Source: Minutocellus sp. GHC0000111 (lineage: Eukaryota). From it: a stretch of 64,000 nucleotides of DNA. Location of the stretch: NCBI GenBank assembly GCA_977018835.1, contig OZ361256.1, forward strand, positions 5,642,001-5,706,000, written 5' to 3'. The translations under genes were made by a program, and so were the position numbers. Positions 37,123 to 50,288 of the stretch are shown in pieces. The notes under the pieces are model-generated. The model was not told where the DNA came from, searched no databases, and was given only the letters and a program-made list of their open reading frames with translations. Positions within the stretch are counted from its first letter, which is position 1. Every line of letters starts with the position of its first letter.

Positions 37123-38495
37123 ATGAAGGTATCCCGCACCGCCGCCGTTCTGGTCGGTTGCTCCGTCCTCGCCGCGACTTCGACGGCCGACGTCCCAGTC
37201 GGTGCGGCCGGGACCGGTGGCAGACCCGGCAAGATGGAGACCGCATCGGACATTGAATCTGCTACCGCCTCCGGAGGAGCAGCCGGCAAGAAGAGGAGGG
37301 CCGGCAGCCGCGCCCTCCGAGGCGGCCATGCCGGCCCTGCCCGTGCCGCCGACGCCGAGGGCGGCAAGACCGCCAAGACGCACGGCGGCATCGATCGCAC
37401 GAAGACGAATCGCAAGAAGCGCTCCCTCAAGTCGTCCAAGTCCTCCTCGCCCGGCAATGGCGGAGGAGGAGGCAATGGTGGTAATGGTGGCGGAAATGGC
37501 GACAACCGTGCCTACACCGCCGCCGCGAACGGTCAAATGGTCGACAACACCCCCTACGTCAACAAAAAGTACGACTACCTGGACCGATATTCCGCCTGAC
37601 CCCGGAGCAGCTGCAGAAGTTGCGCACCACCAACACTCCTCCTCGGGATCAGGAGACCAACGTCGGCGGCGCCGAGGAGGCCGCCGTCGTTGCCACTGCC
37701 CCCGCTGGTACTACTGCTACTGCCACTTCGTCGCACTCGTCGCACACCCAGACGGCCGCCGTCCAGCAGTCGGGTCCGGCCGCCACCCCGTACGTGTCGA
37801 CCCTCAACCGGCAGGACGGCGGCCAGCCGGACGACTCCAACGACAACGAGCGGGGATACGACGCCACCGGCACCGGCAACGCCGACGCGCTCAACCGCGG
37901 GTTCGAGGCCGAGGCTCCCGTCGCCGGCTACCATCCTGCCACCGGATACGGCTCCACGGGCAACGGCAATGGAAGCGGTGTTCTCGATGCTGCTGCCCCC
38001 GCCCGGCCCATCGTCCAGACCACCGAGTGGAGGCCCATCGACAAGTCCGTCTGGGTCGAGCACTACGTTCCCGGGGTGGGCAGCGGCCCCAACAACAACA
38101 ACGGCGCCGCCGCCACCACCACCTTCCCCAACCGCAACCCCTCCCTGTCCACGGGGGGTGGTTCCGCCAACTCGAACCTGACGGCCAACCGCATCTCGGC
38201 CTCCTCCGCACCCTGCGACGGGGCCAACCCCACCGCATCCCCCTCGCAGGGCATCCAGCACGTCTTCGAGTACACCCTCTGGGGCACGTGCACCACCACC
38301 GAGAACGGTTGTCGGCCGGGATCGTGCTGCCTGTTCCATCCCACCTTCCACCGGGGGGCGTGCGTGGCGTTCACGGAGATCTGCGAGCCCGGCGAGCGGC
38401 CCGGTCAGGGCGATTGTCTGTACCCGTGGATGACCAGCAATCTGTGCCGGTGTGCCGGTACCGGGTCTGGTGATGGTGCCCTTCCGTCGTTTTGA
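37123..38495 (+). pseudogene. Secreted low-complexity protein with RxL/KSSK motifs and a C-terminal Cys-rich domain; 1-nt frameshift ~37593
   Basis: Signal MKVSRTAAVLVGCSVLAATSTA, then RAL and KRSLKSSKSSS. TCC-GCC-TGA reads through as S-R-L-T-P-E-Q-L-Q-K-L-R if one C is restored. The C-terminus has many Cys. Confidence 0.6.
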
Positions 38496-39110
38496 GTTGA
38501 TTTCTCAACATTCCCCCATATTTCTATTTTCCAGGGAACGAGCGATAAACGGTCGTCTACTACAAGCACTTATCATCATCAACAGGCGCAACAAGAAGAA
38601 AAAACAAGAAAAAAATCCACACACACACACACACAAAATATAGATTGCAAAGGGGTACGAAAATCTTCCGGAATTTATAAATTTATTGTCGTCCCCATAT
38701 TCCTGGCGCCTGGGAGCGGAGAGGGCATCCAAAACCGAATACAAACGCAAACGACAATCCCTTCCATGTCATCATTCGCAAAAAGGGTAGAGAGCCAATA
38801 ATTTGATGACGTTGGAGGGCATTTCATGTCCGGTTTGCAACACGTTCCTTTCTCCCAGCTGAGTAGACAGGAGGGGGGGACGCGGCAAGTCAAGGGCACT
38901 CATTGGTTTTGGGCGCAATTCTGGCAATGAGTTCTGTTTCATTGAGGCCCATTTCGTTTGCGGAGATCGTACCGAAGCAAGGTTTCCTACATACATAAAA
39001 AATTAGGTCACACATTTCATCTTTATTATTTTGATAATTGTCCGTCTTGCTTCAGTACAGTATATCCTGTCCTCGCCTTTACACACATCGTGCTACTGCA
39101 TATGGGGCTG

Positions 39111-39938
39111 TTAGTCACACTGGAGCTCAAAGCTCGATTCGAGATGATCCTCGACGAAGGCATAGCCACTATTGCCAGAGTCAGCACCATCGCCCAAGAA
39201 TGCGCCCAAATTGTTTTGGGGGATTTTGTAGTCCATGACAGTTGCATTGAGCTGGGCATAAAATTCGTCCTTGGTGACCCTGGTCTCGCGATAGAAAGAG
39301 GCGTACTGCTGCTTCCCGCGAAGGGGACCAAAGAAATCGCAATCGGCATAGAACCCCTGGGCGGTACGAGTTCTTTGTTTGGTCCCATCTGGTAGGGTGT
39401 TGAGAGTGGTAAGCTGGCTCTGGAAGATGGATTCCTCGCAAGAGAAAGGAAATGGAACGGTGCCGCTCACCTCGGGCCAGTACACCTGGTACAGGACGGC
39501 ATTGTCGCGCCCGACGAGCGTGGTCTCGGTTTCCAAAGTGAATCCTTGTGCGGTGAACGGACCCTCGATATTTCCATCACAAGTTGTCGTAGCCTCCTGG
39601 TCGGCAAAGAAGATCTTGCTACTTCCTTCCAGGTTTTCGTCCCACGCTTTGTAAAGAAAGAGGTTGCGCTGGCGGTACTTGTTGCAGGCGGTATTTCCGG
39701 TGATGAACCCCCTGTAGGTTTGGTAGTTGTAAGGCCAGGAGGTGCTGTTGTTGGGTAGCCCGTCGGGACCGTAAAATGAGAGTTCTCCTACCCAATATCC
39801 TTCCTCGTCTTGCCACTGCGGGTAGTCGGCAAGGACAACTTGGGAAGGATCGCACGATTTTGACTTCGAGCCGCCTGACGTCTTCGTCCCAGATTTCATC
39901 ACACGGTGAGCCTCCTTGCCGTCGCCACCCCTCAACAT
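39111..39938 (-). CDS. Conserved-looking hypothetical extracellular protein, probably 5'-truncated
   Basis: Globular aromatic-rich sequence (GYWVGELSFYG, YRGFITGN, YRQRNLFLY, RTRTAQGF, SFYRETRV). The upstream frame has no signal peptide and ends at a TACATGTA motif (40011). Confidence 0.6.
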   Translation of the reverse strand: MLRGGDGKEAHRVMKSGTKTSGGSKSKSCDPSQVVLADYPQWQDEEGYWVGELSFYGPDGLPNNSTSWPYNYQTYRGFITGNTACNKYRQRNLFLYKAWDENLEGSSKIFFADQEATTTCDGNIEGPFTAQGFTLETETTLVGRDNAVLYQVYWPEVSGTVPFPFSCEESIFQSQLTTLNTLPDGTKQRTRTAQGFYADCDFFGPLRGKQQYASFYRETRVTKDEFYAQLNATVMDYKIPQNNLGAFLGDGADSGNSGYAFVEDHLESSFELQCD

Positions 39939-40096
39939 TGATACGCCGCGCGCGCGCGCCAGTCTCAGCGCCGACCAAGGTGCTCGGTCGAAATGTCGTC
40001 TCTCCCTTACTACATGTATTATTCATGTAAATGAAATGTCTAACTTTAGATACCCACCTATGTAGACCTACCGGTACATCTACATGGCATGGTCCC

Positions 40097-42417
40097 TTAT
40101 TGCATTGCCAATACATGCCCCAAAACCGAAATTCCTACCCAGGCTGCTGCTGTCGAGATCAACCACCATGCCATTGATGATGACGCAAGTCGAACGGGCC
40201 GGCCGGCGTCAGAGCTACTGCTGTAACGACCATATGCCCCACCTATGGGCAACGTCGGGGCTGGTGAAACCGTTGGAACCAACGAGGCCACGGGTGAGTT
40301 GGCACAGTAAGGGCTGGGATCATCGGGGTCATTGCAAGAGCAGTATGGATCCTCCTGATCAACAACACACTCTCCCCTCCCAGCACAGTCGGCCTTGCAC
40401 AGAAGGTCTGGACAAACCTGCGCCAAACGTGGGCAAGTGAGGCTGTATCCTGGTAGACCGGGGATGTCGATGGTTTGGAAGTCGTACAGACAAGCGCGGA
40501 TGGTATCACCAAAGACTATTTCGACGGCACTCCTCTCCCGGCTGCACGATGTCTTGAGGCAGAGGGGACGTTCGAAGTTGGTGTCGAAGCACCGGCCGTC
40601 CTCACCAAAAGTTTCAACGCTGTAAGCAAAGGGTGCCGATTGCAGACCAGCATCGGAACAGTCGAGCTCAGAAGATTCAGGGCCATCTGATCCTATATCA
40701 TCGTTAGCTGCATCAAAGGAGAATTTGAGGGTACCATAGACTGGGCAGTAGTCCAGTTGCTCGTTCCGTCCTCCGAGGGTAGGATCTGAAAAGTATTGGA
40801 ACTCCTGAGGCAGTTCCTTTTTGTACTTGAATTGACTGCATCTTGCCACGCTGGTATGGGTTGGATCACACCCCAAAACTTTTTGTGAGGTGCAAAAGCT
40901 GCCCTTGGAGTAAGATGGTATCTGCCCATTGATGATGCAGTCTTCGTAGACAAAGTCACATCCTGCCAACCTACCGAACGGAGAGAGCCTAATGTAGTCC
41001 GAATTGTAGTTGGCTCGATACCATCCCGTGTCCTCCAGCAGAGCCACCGTCAGAGGTGACATGTACTGCTCAGTGGCAGTGGCCGATGCCGTCATGAATT
41101 CCGTACTAAACAGTCGAAAGTCCCAGTGCGAACCGAAGCAGTCATCTCCCGCCCCCTCCTGCTGATCCTCCAACCAGGCTCCCGTCAGATCGCTACAACC
41201 AAACTGATTCCTCGTTACTGCCGTCACGGTCTCGGTCATGATCTCGTACTGAGTCTTTCGAGTCTTGGGATTGATGAAGGCCCTCAACGTATCGTCGCTG
41301 GGCATGATTACCTCCCTCCTCGTTCCATCCGTACAGGTGACCGTCCTGGTAATCTCTCGATCTTCCATTGGCGTCCGGGGCAACCCCGTCCTGGGATGAC
41401 GATAGGCGACAAAGTCCTCCCAATAAAACCCAAAATGTGAACAAATTCATGCAACACCGTCTCCAATGCAATCTGCCGCCCCCGTTCGGTTGCTAGATCG
41501 AGGGCATCCAGACACATGCCCGCATATCCCGCCACCGGCCGATCATACTCGTCCCCCTGACACGACCGTCCGTTGGCAATCCGCCCACTATCCGGCTTGC
41601 CATCTCCATCAGTATCGGTGTCGCAATCGGCAAAGGCAAACACCACCAGATCGTACTGCACGGCGATGCCAAATCCTGGGCAGGCACCCTCCTTGTCAAT
41701 CTCGAGTCGTTCCACGGGATACACCCGCAGGATGTCCCGGAGCCGCTTTACCGCCTCGGGGAACACCTCGTCCCTCAGAAAGGCAATCTTTTGCTGTGCC
41801 AGGACGTCGTCGGGATTTTCCTCGATGGTCAGGTCCAGGTAGTCGGTGTTGACGTGGATGCGGATCGGCTTCCAACCCTGATAGTTGCGTCGGTGGATGC
41901 TGCCATCGTCTTGGTCGTCGAGTGTTCTGTGCTGGCCGCGCTGGCCATGTTCATGTTCTGCGGCAGCTGTGGCGTCGACGTAGTCGTCTTCTCGGTACTC
42001 GTACGGGCTGGCACCGCCATAACCCACCAGTGATCGCCGTCTGTGCTGATCCAACCGACGAGTGTGTTGCGTGCGGCGATGGTATCGCTCGTCGCGCTGC
42101 ATGTCCCGCAAAGCCGGTAGGTCCGGTGCGCCCTGTTCCGTGACGTGCCGGAGGGTCATTCTTGCCGCCCCCGACGGTGGCAATTTGTGCGATGATTCTG
42201 CGGTAGTGATTGGGGAGGCCGCTGACGAAGACGAAGCCATCATCGACAGGACCAGAACGGACCGCCACCATGCATTGCCGGTGGATTGGGATGGGGTGGT
42301 TCTGGATGGAACATCGCCCGCAAGCAAGGAGGGGGAGGAGGGGGTGTCCGCACGACGACCATAATTCTTCCGCCGTCCGTTCGATTTTGGACACGATTGC
42401 CCCCGCCGACGTTTCAT
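40097..42417 (-). pseudogene. Leishmanolysin/GP63 (peptidase M8) metalloprotease; 1-nt frameshift just after the zinc motif
   Basis: HEFVHILGF, QFGC..LTGAWLEDQ, GSHW, EFMTA, ALLEDTGWY.ANY, GCDFV, LDYCP, an EGF-like tail and a hydrophobic C-terminus. Frame change ~41420. Confidence 0.88.
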
Positions 42418-42720
42418 CGCTCAAGGGAAACGAATAAATCGAACCGAACCACAACTCAGCACACCGATTATATACCCCTTGTCGGTGCCTTTTGCGGGGT
42501 ACAACCAGCAACTAGCTACGTAGCTGCGTAGATAGAGAGAGAGGAGCGCCACGAGATGTGTCTTTTTGGGGCCGAGAAAGCGTGCGCGGCGGCAGCAGAA
42601 GCGATCGCGAGAGAGATATTCTGAAATTCAAACATTTTTTTAATTTTGGGGAATATTTCCCAACTTTTCTACTTTTCTACAAACCATCATTGTTCGTTTG
42701 CAAAAAGCAACCAAACGACC

Positions 42721-43926
42721 ATGAGCGGATACAGCGGATACGGAGGCTACGCCCCCGCCGGTGGATACGGCGGCAGCACCAACACCACTGCAGCAGGCAG
42801 CGGAGGCAACGCGAGGGCCCACCGGGCTCCGCCTCCTTCCCCGGGCCGACGACCGGGAGGAGGCGGTGCAGCTGTTTCCTCAGCATCGGGCACGCCGAGC
42901 AAGCCGAATTACTCCGGTGCCCCATCGGCGGCACAGACGCAGCGGATACAGCAGCAGCAGCAGCAGCAGCATGGCGGCGGCGGCAGCAACGATTGGTACT
43001 CCTCGACGGCCACCACGGGCAACGGCGGCGGTGGATACGGCATGGCCTCGGCGGGTGCCGCCCCGATCCCTGCGGCCGCCAGCAGTTATTATGGCACATC
43101 GGCTCCGGCTCCTGCGCCGGCCGCTCCGGCCGCTCCGTCGGCGGATCCCTTTGGCTACTCCTCGGGCGGTACGTCACAGATGGCTGGTAGTATGGGCGGC
43201 ACCAACATGAACGCACAGCAGAACCAAGGACAGCAGCAAGCCGCGGGCAGTACCAACAATCCCAACCTGCCCTACTCGGTGCCCACGGCGTGGGACCCCA
43301 ACATGTCGGGTCCCATGGGAGGAGGGGGCGCCGGTGGATCCTCCTCCGCCAACGGCGGCGGAGCGGGGTACAGCCCCGTCGATTACGACAACGAACCCCC
43401 CCTCCTCGAGGAGCTGGGCATCAACATGGGGCACATCGGTACCAAGTCCCGCGCGGTCGTGCTGCCCTTCTCGCGCTACGCGTCCGGCCAGCTGGACAGG
43501 TCGGTCATGGAGGATTCCGACCTGGCCGGTCCCCTGGTATTCGCGTTGGCGTTGGGCGGTGAGCTGCTCCTGAGTGGCAAGGTTTCCTTCGGGTACATCT
43601 ACGGCTTTGGACTGTTTGGGTGCTTCGCATTGGCTCTGGTCCTCAACCTCATGAGTCCCACCGATGCCATTTCGGTTTGGACCGTGACGTCGATCTTGGG
43701 CTATGCACTGCTGCCCGTCAATGCCCTGGCGGGGATCAATGTTGTGTTGCGAATCAGCCGGCTGGGCGTGCTGGGTGTGCTGTTGGCGGCCGTGGTGATT
43801 ATTTGGTGCACCGTGGCCAGCACGCGGTTGTTTGAGAGCGGTTGTGGACTGAGAGATCAGCGATATCTCGTGGGCTATCCCATTGCGTTGATCTATTCGG
43901 CATTTGTCATCATCACAATATTCTAA
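42721..43926 (+). CDS. YIP1: Yip1/YIPF5-family Golgi-ER membrane protein
   Basis: EPPLLEELGIN, DLAGPL, GKVSFGYIYG, SILGYALLP and LVGYP..L.Y..F. Gly/Ala/Gln-rich N-terminus. Intact. Confidence 0.92.
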   Translation: MSGYSGYGGYAPAGGYGGSTNTTAAGSGGNARAHRAPPPSPGRRPGGGGAAVSSASGTPSKPNYSGAPSAAQTQRIQQQQQQQHGGGGSNDWYSSTATTGNGGGGYGMASAGAAPIPAAASSYYGTSAPAPAPAAPAAPSADPFGYSSGGTSQMAGSMGGTNMNAQQNQGQQQAAGSTNNPNLPYSVPTAWDPNMSGPMGGGGAGGSSSANGGGAGYSPVDYDNEPPLLEELGINMGHIGTKSRAVVLPFSRYASGQLDRSVMEDSDLAGPLVFALALGGELLLSGKVSFGYIYGFGLFGCFALALVLNLMSPTDAISVWTVTSILGYALLPVNALAGINVVLRISRLGVLGVLLAAVVIIWCTVASTRLFESGCGLRDQRYLVGYPIALIYSAFVIITIF

Positions 43927-44034
43927 CTAAATATGATGCAAAGAGTTTTGTTGTACACAAGTAGTCTGTTCTTTCTAAGGGTACTTCCTACGTACGTAGC
44001 TAGCTTACCTGCCTTCTATTCTCGTTCAATTTTT

Positions 44035-44780
44035 TCACTTCTTGAAAATATTGAGCGGATTCGGGAACCTCTTGTCGTATTTATTCATCAGATCCTCAAA
44101 TTCTGGTGTCGGATGGACGTCACCCAAGTCTGGATCTGACCGCACGGTGGCGTAATTGTCGAACCCATAATCAAATGCACTCTTGAGGTTTGCCACCGAC
44201 TGAAAGAAGGGTTTGATAAAAAAATGGATGTGTGAGATGAAATCACCCACCATGTGATGAAAAGTGATAACAAACCAGATTGGCATACGCTGTCACAACG
44301 CCTCACCTCCGAAATATTTCCCAACCGAGCGTACGCGCAAGCCATGTTGTAGTGGGCGGCCTGCAGCTCGAACTCATCCAGGCCCATTACCAGCTTGCCC
44401 TCCGTACCGCCCTGCGATCCGCCGACGGGGGATGGTCCACTCAGCATCTTGGTCCGGACCACATCCGGTCGACTCCCCGGCAGCTTCATGGCCATCTTGG
44501 ATGCCGTCAGGGCATCCTCGTGCCGTCCCTCCTGCATAAATCGCAGTCCGATCACTTCGGCCTCTCGGAACGTCGTCGGCTCTGGGATTCCATCGCCATC
44601 CGACATGAAGCGCTGGCCTATGTGTTGCCTCGGTTGGTATTGCCGGCTGGTCATCATTCGAGATGAAATTACTGGAGAGAATGCATCTGTTTTTGGTGTG
44701 ACTATTGCCGCCGACAAGGTCATGGCAAGGGCGACAATCCGCAGCGTGGGACAAGGTCGGTGTGATGTCATGTGCGTCAT
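44035..44780 (-). CDS. Plastid-targeted TPR protein (similar to the C-terminal TPR part of MET1-type proteins)
   Basis: Leader ending TDA-FSP. Motif AAHYNMACAYARLG..AFDYGFDNYATVRSDPDL. In-phase intron 44200-44306. Confidence 0.78.
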
Positions 44781-45263
44781 GTTCGTTCGTACCGATGTAT
44801 CTTTTCTTTCGCTCCCTCGCTCGGTGGATTAGAACTGAGCACCGCTCTGTCGAGATTTGGATACAAACAACGCTCCAAAAATCAAGATACCAAACTCTTT
44901 CCCCTGTTGTGATTTGTTTAATCTTCACACCCTTCGAAGGATACGCCAATCAATGACGCTTCCTCGGACGGGCGGATAGATGGCGGATGCGTTGGTGGAA
45001 TTGCTTTACGAGTAGGCGTTTTGATCCCGAACACGTCACTGCTTTTCTGATTTGCTGCCGTCGTCGCTTCAACGCGCACGGCCATCGCGGCTCTCGCATC
45101 GGCACTATCGGCACTTCCACCAGGCGACCACCGCACCTTGCCTCTCGCTCCAGAACCTGCACCACAGTCCTCTTGCACCGGCCCCAATCTAGCTAGACGA
45201 AGTACCTGGCTTCATTGCTAAGACCCCGTATCTTTCATAATCATCCCAAATCATAAAAGAAAG

Positions 45264-46710
45264 ATGAGGATCGGAGCAGCCCTGCACCTCCTCGCCCTGG
45301 TCGGTGGAGCTTGTGCGTTCCACCAACCCACAACCTTCTCCTCGAGCAGCAGACGACCGGCATCCTCTCTACCAATGGGCAAGGTCGGTGAGAATTCTCT
45401 TATGGATCTGGACGGCAGCAGCAGCAATGGAGACGAGGGACCGCGCAAGTACGGAAAGAATGGCACCTTCCTCGGCATCCGCCGAGAATCCGGCTACTTG
45501 CGTCGCACCATGGAACAGGGCAGCTCCGTCGCCCCGCTCATGCCCGACGGTGGTCTCAGTCCCTGTGTCATCAAGGTCCTTGGTGTTGGCGGTGGTGGGT
45601 CCAATGCGGTAAGTGGGAAGACATACCGTATCTCGTCCTGGTGGGATAAAGCAGCACATCTGATGCTATGTTCCTTCAACTGAGCAAATCTGAAAGTTTC
45701 ACACATACTTGGTATGTCATTTTGTCATTTCCTAACATGATTGTTATTTGTTCGTTCCTATCGGGGAAAAGGTCGACCGAATGCTCGACACTCGGGTCGG
45801 TGGTGTGGAGTTCTGGGCCATCAATACCGACTCCCAGGCCCTCGGACGGTCCAAGGCCAAGGGTGCCCAGGTCCTCAACATCGGTGCGTCGGTAACGCGC
45901 GGTCTGGGTGCCGGTGGCGACCCCGAGGTCGGTCGGTTGGCGGCGGAGGAATCCCGCGAGGAGATTGCCGCCATTGTGGCCGGCACGGACCTGTGCTTCG
46001 TCACCAGCGGCATGGGCGGCGGTACTGGTTCCGGTGCCGCACCCGTCGTGTCGGAGGTGGCCAAGGAGAGCGGTGCATTGACGGTGGCCATCGTTACCAA
46101 GCCCTTTGCGTTCGAGGGACGGAGACGGATGAGGCAGGCCGTGGAGGCCATCGATCGGCTTCGACAGAATGTGGACACTGTGATTGTCGTTTCGAACAAC
46201 AAGCTGTTGGATATTATCCCTGAGAACACACCTCTGGAGGCATCGTTCCGAGTGGCCGATGACATCCTTCGACAGGGCGTCGTGGGTATTTCGGAGATCA
46301 TTGTTCGGCCAGGTCTGATCAATGTGGATTTCGCAGATGTTCGAAGTGTTATGCAGGATGCTGGCACAGCATTGATGGGCATTGGAACTGGTGTCGGTAA
46401 GACTTCCGCTGAGGATGCTGCCATTGCCGCCATATCGAGTCCTCTTCTCGATGCTCCCGTCGAGGAGGCCACTGGCGTCGTTTTCAACATTATGGGTGGG
46501 CCAGAGCTCTCCTTGAAAGAAGTTGACCGTGCTGCCAAGGTCATCTACAACAATGTTCATGAGGATGCCAACGTAATCTTTGGTGCCTTGATTGATGATG
46601 AGATTGCCGACGGCACCGTGTCCATAACAGTTCTGGCAACGGGTTTCAGTGAGCAAGGCCCAGGCAACTCCGGAGGAGGCGATGTTCCCAACTTTTTGGG
46701 AGGCCGCTGA
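45264..46710 (+). CDS. ftsZ: Plastid division protein FtsZ (nucleus-encoded), copy 1
   Basis: Bipartite leader ACA-FHQP. IKVLGVGGGGSNA|VDRM across intron 45609-45771. Motifs GMGGGTGSG and NVDFAD, and C-terminal DVPNFL. Confidence 0.96.
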
Positions 46711-46962
46711 GTGAACAATAATGCTTGAGTCATACTGACTAAGCAATGCTGCGTACAAAAGCTACGCTATTTTCTGTGCCCAAACGATCTTCTTATCATC
46801 ATCATCATCATCATCATCATGTTTATTTTATAATGGGAAAAATAACAACACTGATTCGAAATTACTGCTTTGATTTATGCTAGACTGGTGATTGTTCTAC
46901 GTACCTAGCTAGCTAGGTACTTGTTTCTTCTTGCTTCTGTTGTGAAGAAGTCGGCCATCCCG

Positions 46963-48029
46963 TCATTCGTAGTCACTCTCTTCTTCACTCTCGACATCAA
47001 TACCCCATGCCTTTTGCAGTCCTCCCGGCAGCAGCACCCCCGTCAAATAAAATACCCCCTGAATGATACCTCCAACCTTGGGCGGAGGGCTTCCTCCATG
47101 TGTTTCCAGCATTCGAGGATAAATAACTACATCGAATTGGTAACCCGCGTGAGTCTCGACAAGGGCCCAATTGAACGCCTTCCCTGTCTTCTCGTTGATC
47201 TTGAGCTCTGTTTCTTTGACAATTCCAGTGATTATTGCCAAGCATCTATTGTCTTCCTCCTCTTTTCCCTCGGAAAACACATTGAAAGTACTAAAAGATT
47301 GTTTCGCAAATCGCAAGCGCCCCCTTTTTTCTTCTCTCTTATTATGCTTTTCGTACTTTTCCTCCGTATCGAAGAGTCGTATGTCTCTAGCAAAAGCGCA
47401 GCATTGAATCATGATTGAGTGGGCAGGGACGACATCTTCTCCAATGTATTTGTAGTTTGGACAGAAGAAATCAAATACGCATCTACTCATCGTATACCAC
47501 ATCATTTTCCCGTTACATCATCGGTATCTGGCGGCGAAAAGTTGTCCGGACCCTTTCCCACAGGAAAAGCTCCGGCTCCAAAGATGCATTCATTTTTGTT
47601 TGGCTTGTCAGCCCACTTGTCAATAATCGCTCCGCACATCCGTGACTTTCCGAAGAAATGCGGATCGAAGCCAAAATATTCTCGTTCATTGTGTTCGTTG
47701 GGTGGTTCGGCGCCGCCCCACAGCTCGGCTCCCGATTCCGTACGAAGACGAAGCATTTTGTAGCCTTCTGACCAGCCTGGAAGCTCGTCAGTGTCCGGAT
47801 CGGAGTAAAAGCGTTTTGCAAGCTCAAGGAATTCGCCCCCTGTTCGAGGACTATCGAAGCCAAGCGTGGAATACGAATCCACCGAGGTATCACCCCAGAA
47901 CGAAGTGTACGAAATGGTACCTCCCTGAAAAGGCATCGACCCTTCCGCCTTGACAAAAGCATTCTCTCCTGCGTTGGTGACAAGCAGGACGAGAACAACG
48001 GCACAAAATCGAGGCAGAAACCGGCACAT
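46963..48029 (-). pseudogene. Secreted hypothetical protein with a 1-nt frameshift (~47506), copy 1
   Basis: Signal peptide. GGA-AAA-TGA overlaps the ATG of the next ORF, and adding one A fuses the two ORFs. Confidence 0.55.
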
Positions 48030-48302
48030 GGTGGGTTACAATTGCACAATGAATCTCCGCTCCTTCGACCAACAAATAGAGCCGTACCGAGAAGACTTCC
48101 TTCACGCAACCAACAACGCCACGCCCCCAAGCTCCACGGTCGTATCTTGTCATGCAAATGCGAAAGTCAAAATGCCGACATCATACGAGCGGCGGAAAGA
48201 CGCCCCCATTCTTCCATTAGCATTTTGGCCATGGCACTTTGCGTCTTCGGTTTCCGGGCACGGGCACGCACGTGATGTGCAAGATACGCTGATACGCTGA
48301 CC

Positions 48303-49982
48303 ATGAGTGCCTCCAGCAGCAGCAACGCTGCCTACAAGGATAGCGATGACCCAGAAGCCCCCGCTCCCACCGAGGCAACTCCTCTCACCGGTGAGGGGGC
48401 ATTCGCTCTCGCCGCACGGACGTCACCCTCGCACTACGCCCACGGTAGCGGCCAAGGAGAACCCCCGGAACAGCAGATCTCGCAAAGCGATGCCGATGCC
48501 GATCGGATAGGCGAAGAGCTCCTCGGCGTGAGCGGTGGGGAGGAGGCCGTCCACGAGTGGATCAAAAAGAGCTTGAACCTGCTCCCACCGCTGAGGGAAA
48601 GTCGAGTGTACGACGAGTACTACGGCGATGAGACGGCGCTTCAGCAGCCCCAGCAACAATTGGGTTCGGCACCGTCGCATGGATCGGCGGACCTACTTCC
48701 CACCGTTGCCGAGGGGCAGCATGGACAGCAACCCACAGCAATAGAAGGGGGCGATCTTCGGAGATCGCGCTCGGCATCGGTTGGACGGCAGTACCAGTCG
48801 CTCCGTCCTCCGCAGAATTACTCTGGCGGCGGTGTTCCTCCTCCTCCCGCGGGACATTCCTCGGTCCGATTTGCAGATGAAAGTGGTGGTGTCCGACGAG
48901 TTCAAACCTACGGAGGCACCTCGGCTCGATTTGGTAGTGGTCAGCAGCGCTTGTCGTCGGGACATTTAAGGGCATCTGGAATGGGAACGGACAAAGTCCA
49001 CCTGACGCCTCGAAGAGACAGTGGGGCTGGTGGCGGAGCCTATCGGATGCCTCCTGCCTCTGGCGGGGGAGGGTTCTACGGTGATTGGGGAGCCAAGGGA
49101 CGTGGTAACGTTCTGATGAAGGTCGCTTGTATGGCGGCCATTGCCTCAGCAGTGCTGGTTGGCCTGTTGGCTGGTTTGTTCTACATGGGCGAAAAGTTGG
49201 TCGGACCACCACGACAACCGGTCGGTGCCTACAAGATTATCGAGTTGCAGGAGGGCGATGCCTTCTGGAACTACTACAACTTTTACGTCGGACCTGATTC
49301 GATTGGTTCCAACGGCTATTTGAATTATATTAGCAAAGACAAGGCGTTTGAGATTGGAATCGCCAACGTAACTGTGGAACCCATGCAGGTTGACGGTTTG
49401 GGCGCAGCAACGAGAAGAAGAGCACAGGAGGCAATGCCGACAACAAATACTACAACATCAACTCCAGCACCAGCAGAGACAGAGACATTTGTATATATGA
49501 GTTCAGCCCCCACCGAAAAGGGCCCGCGAGACTCCATACGATTAGAAGGAAAGCGAAGATTCAACCGAGGTCTATTTATCATCGATCTGCATCATATGCC
49601 GGCAGGATGTGGCGTTTGGCCAGCATTTTGGCTCACAGATGAGGCGAACTGGCCCTTGAACGGTGAAATAGATATCGTTGAGGGAGTGAATTATCAGAGT
49701 GTCGCAAAGACCGCACTGCACAGCACCCAAGTATGTAAGATGGACGACGTGCCGTTGGGTACAAAGACCGGTGGTTGGGACACTGCAGTAGGAAGTGAGT
49801 TGTCGTTCGTGAATTATTCAGTGTTACACCATTCTTTTGCTCATCCGAATCATCTAACGCACTAATGTTTGTCTCAACGGCCCATTGCTTTGTTCCTGTT
49901 AGTTCCCGACAAAAAGACAGGAGTACCAGATATGACCATGCGAGATGCAACGAATTGCTACGTATATGACCCTCATCAGTGG
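48303..49982 (+). CDS. GH16 beta-glucanase/transglycosylase, copy 1, cut by the assembly gap
   Basis: Matches copy 2 up to the N run; intron 49795-49902. Confidence 0.85.
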
Positions 49983-50182
49983 NNNNNNNNNNNNNNNNNN
50001 NNNNNNNNNNNNNNNNNNNNNNNNNNNNNNNNNNNNNNNNNNNNNNNNNNNNNNNNNNNNNNNNNNNNNNNNNNNNNNNNNNNNNNNNNNNNNNNNNNNN
50101 NNNNNNNNNNNNNNNNNNNNNNNNNNNNNNNNNNNNNNNNNNNNNNNNNNNNNNNNNNNNNNNNNNNNNNNNNNNNNNNNNN
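49983..50182. other. Assembly gap (200 N)
   Basis: Run of N. Confidence 1.
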
Positions 50183-50288
50183 TGCACCACAGTCCTCTTG
50201 CACCGGCCCCAATCTAGCTAGACGAAGTACCTGGCTTCATTGCTAAGACCCCGTATCTTTCATAATCATCCCAAATCATAAAAGAAAG

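Noticed and set aside
45676..46758. Long antisense ORFs over ftsZ, and similar ones over LHC, the PDZ region and 37.2-38.5 kb
   Set aside because: These are shadow ORFs produced by GC-rich codon bias of the real genes.
49633..50246. ORFs containing X runs
   Set aside because: Artefacts of translating through the N gap.
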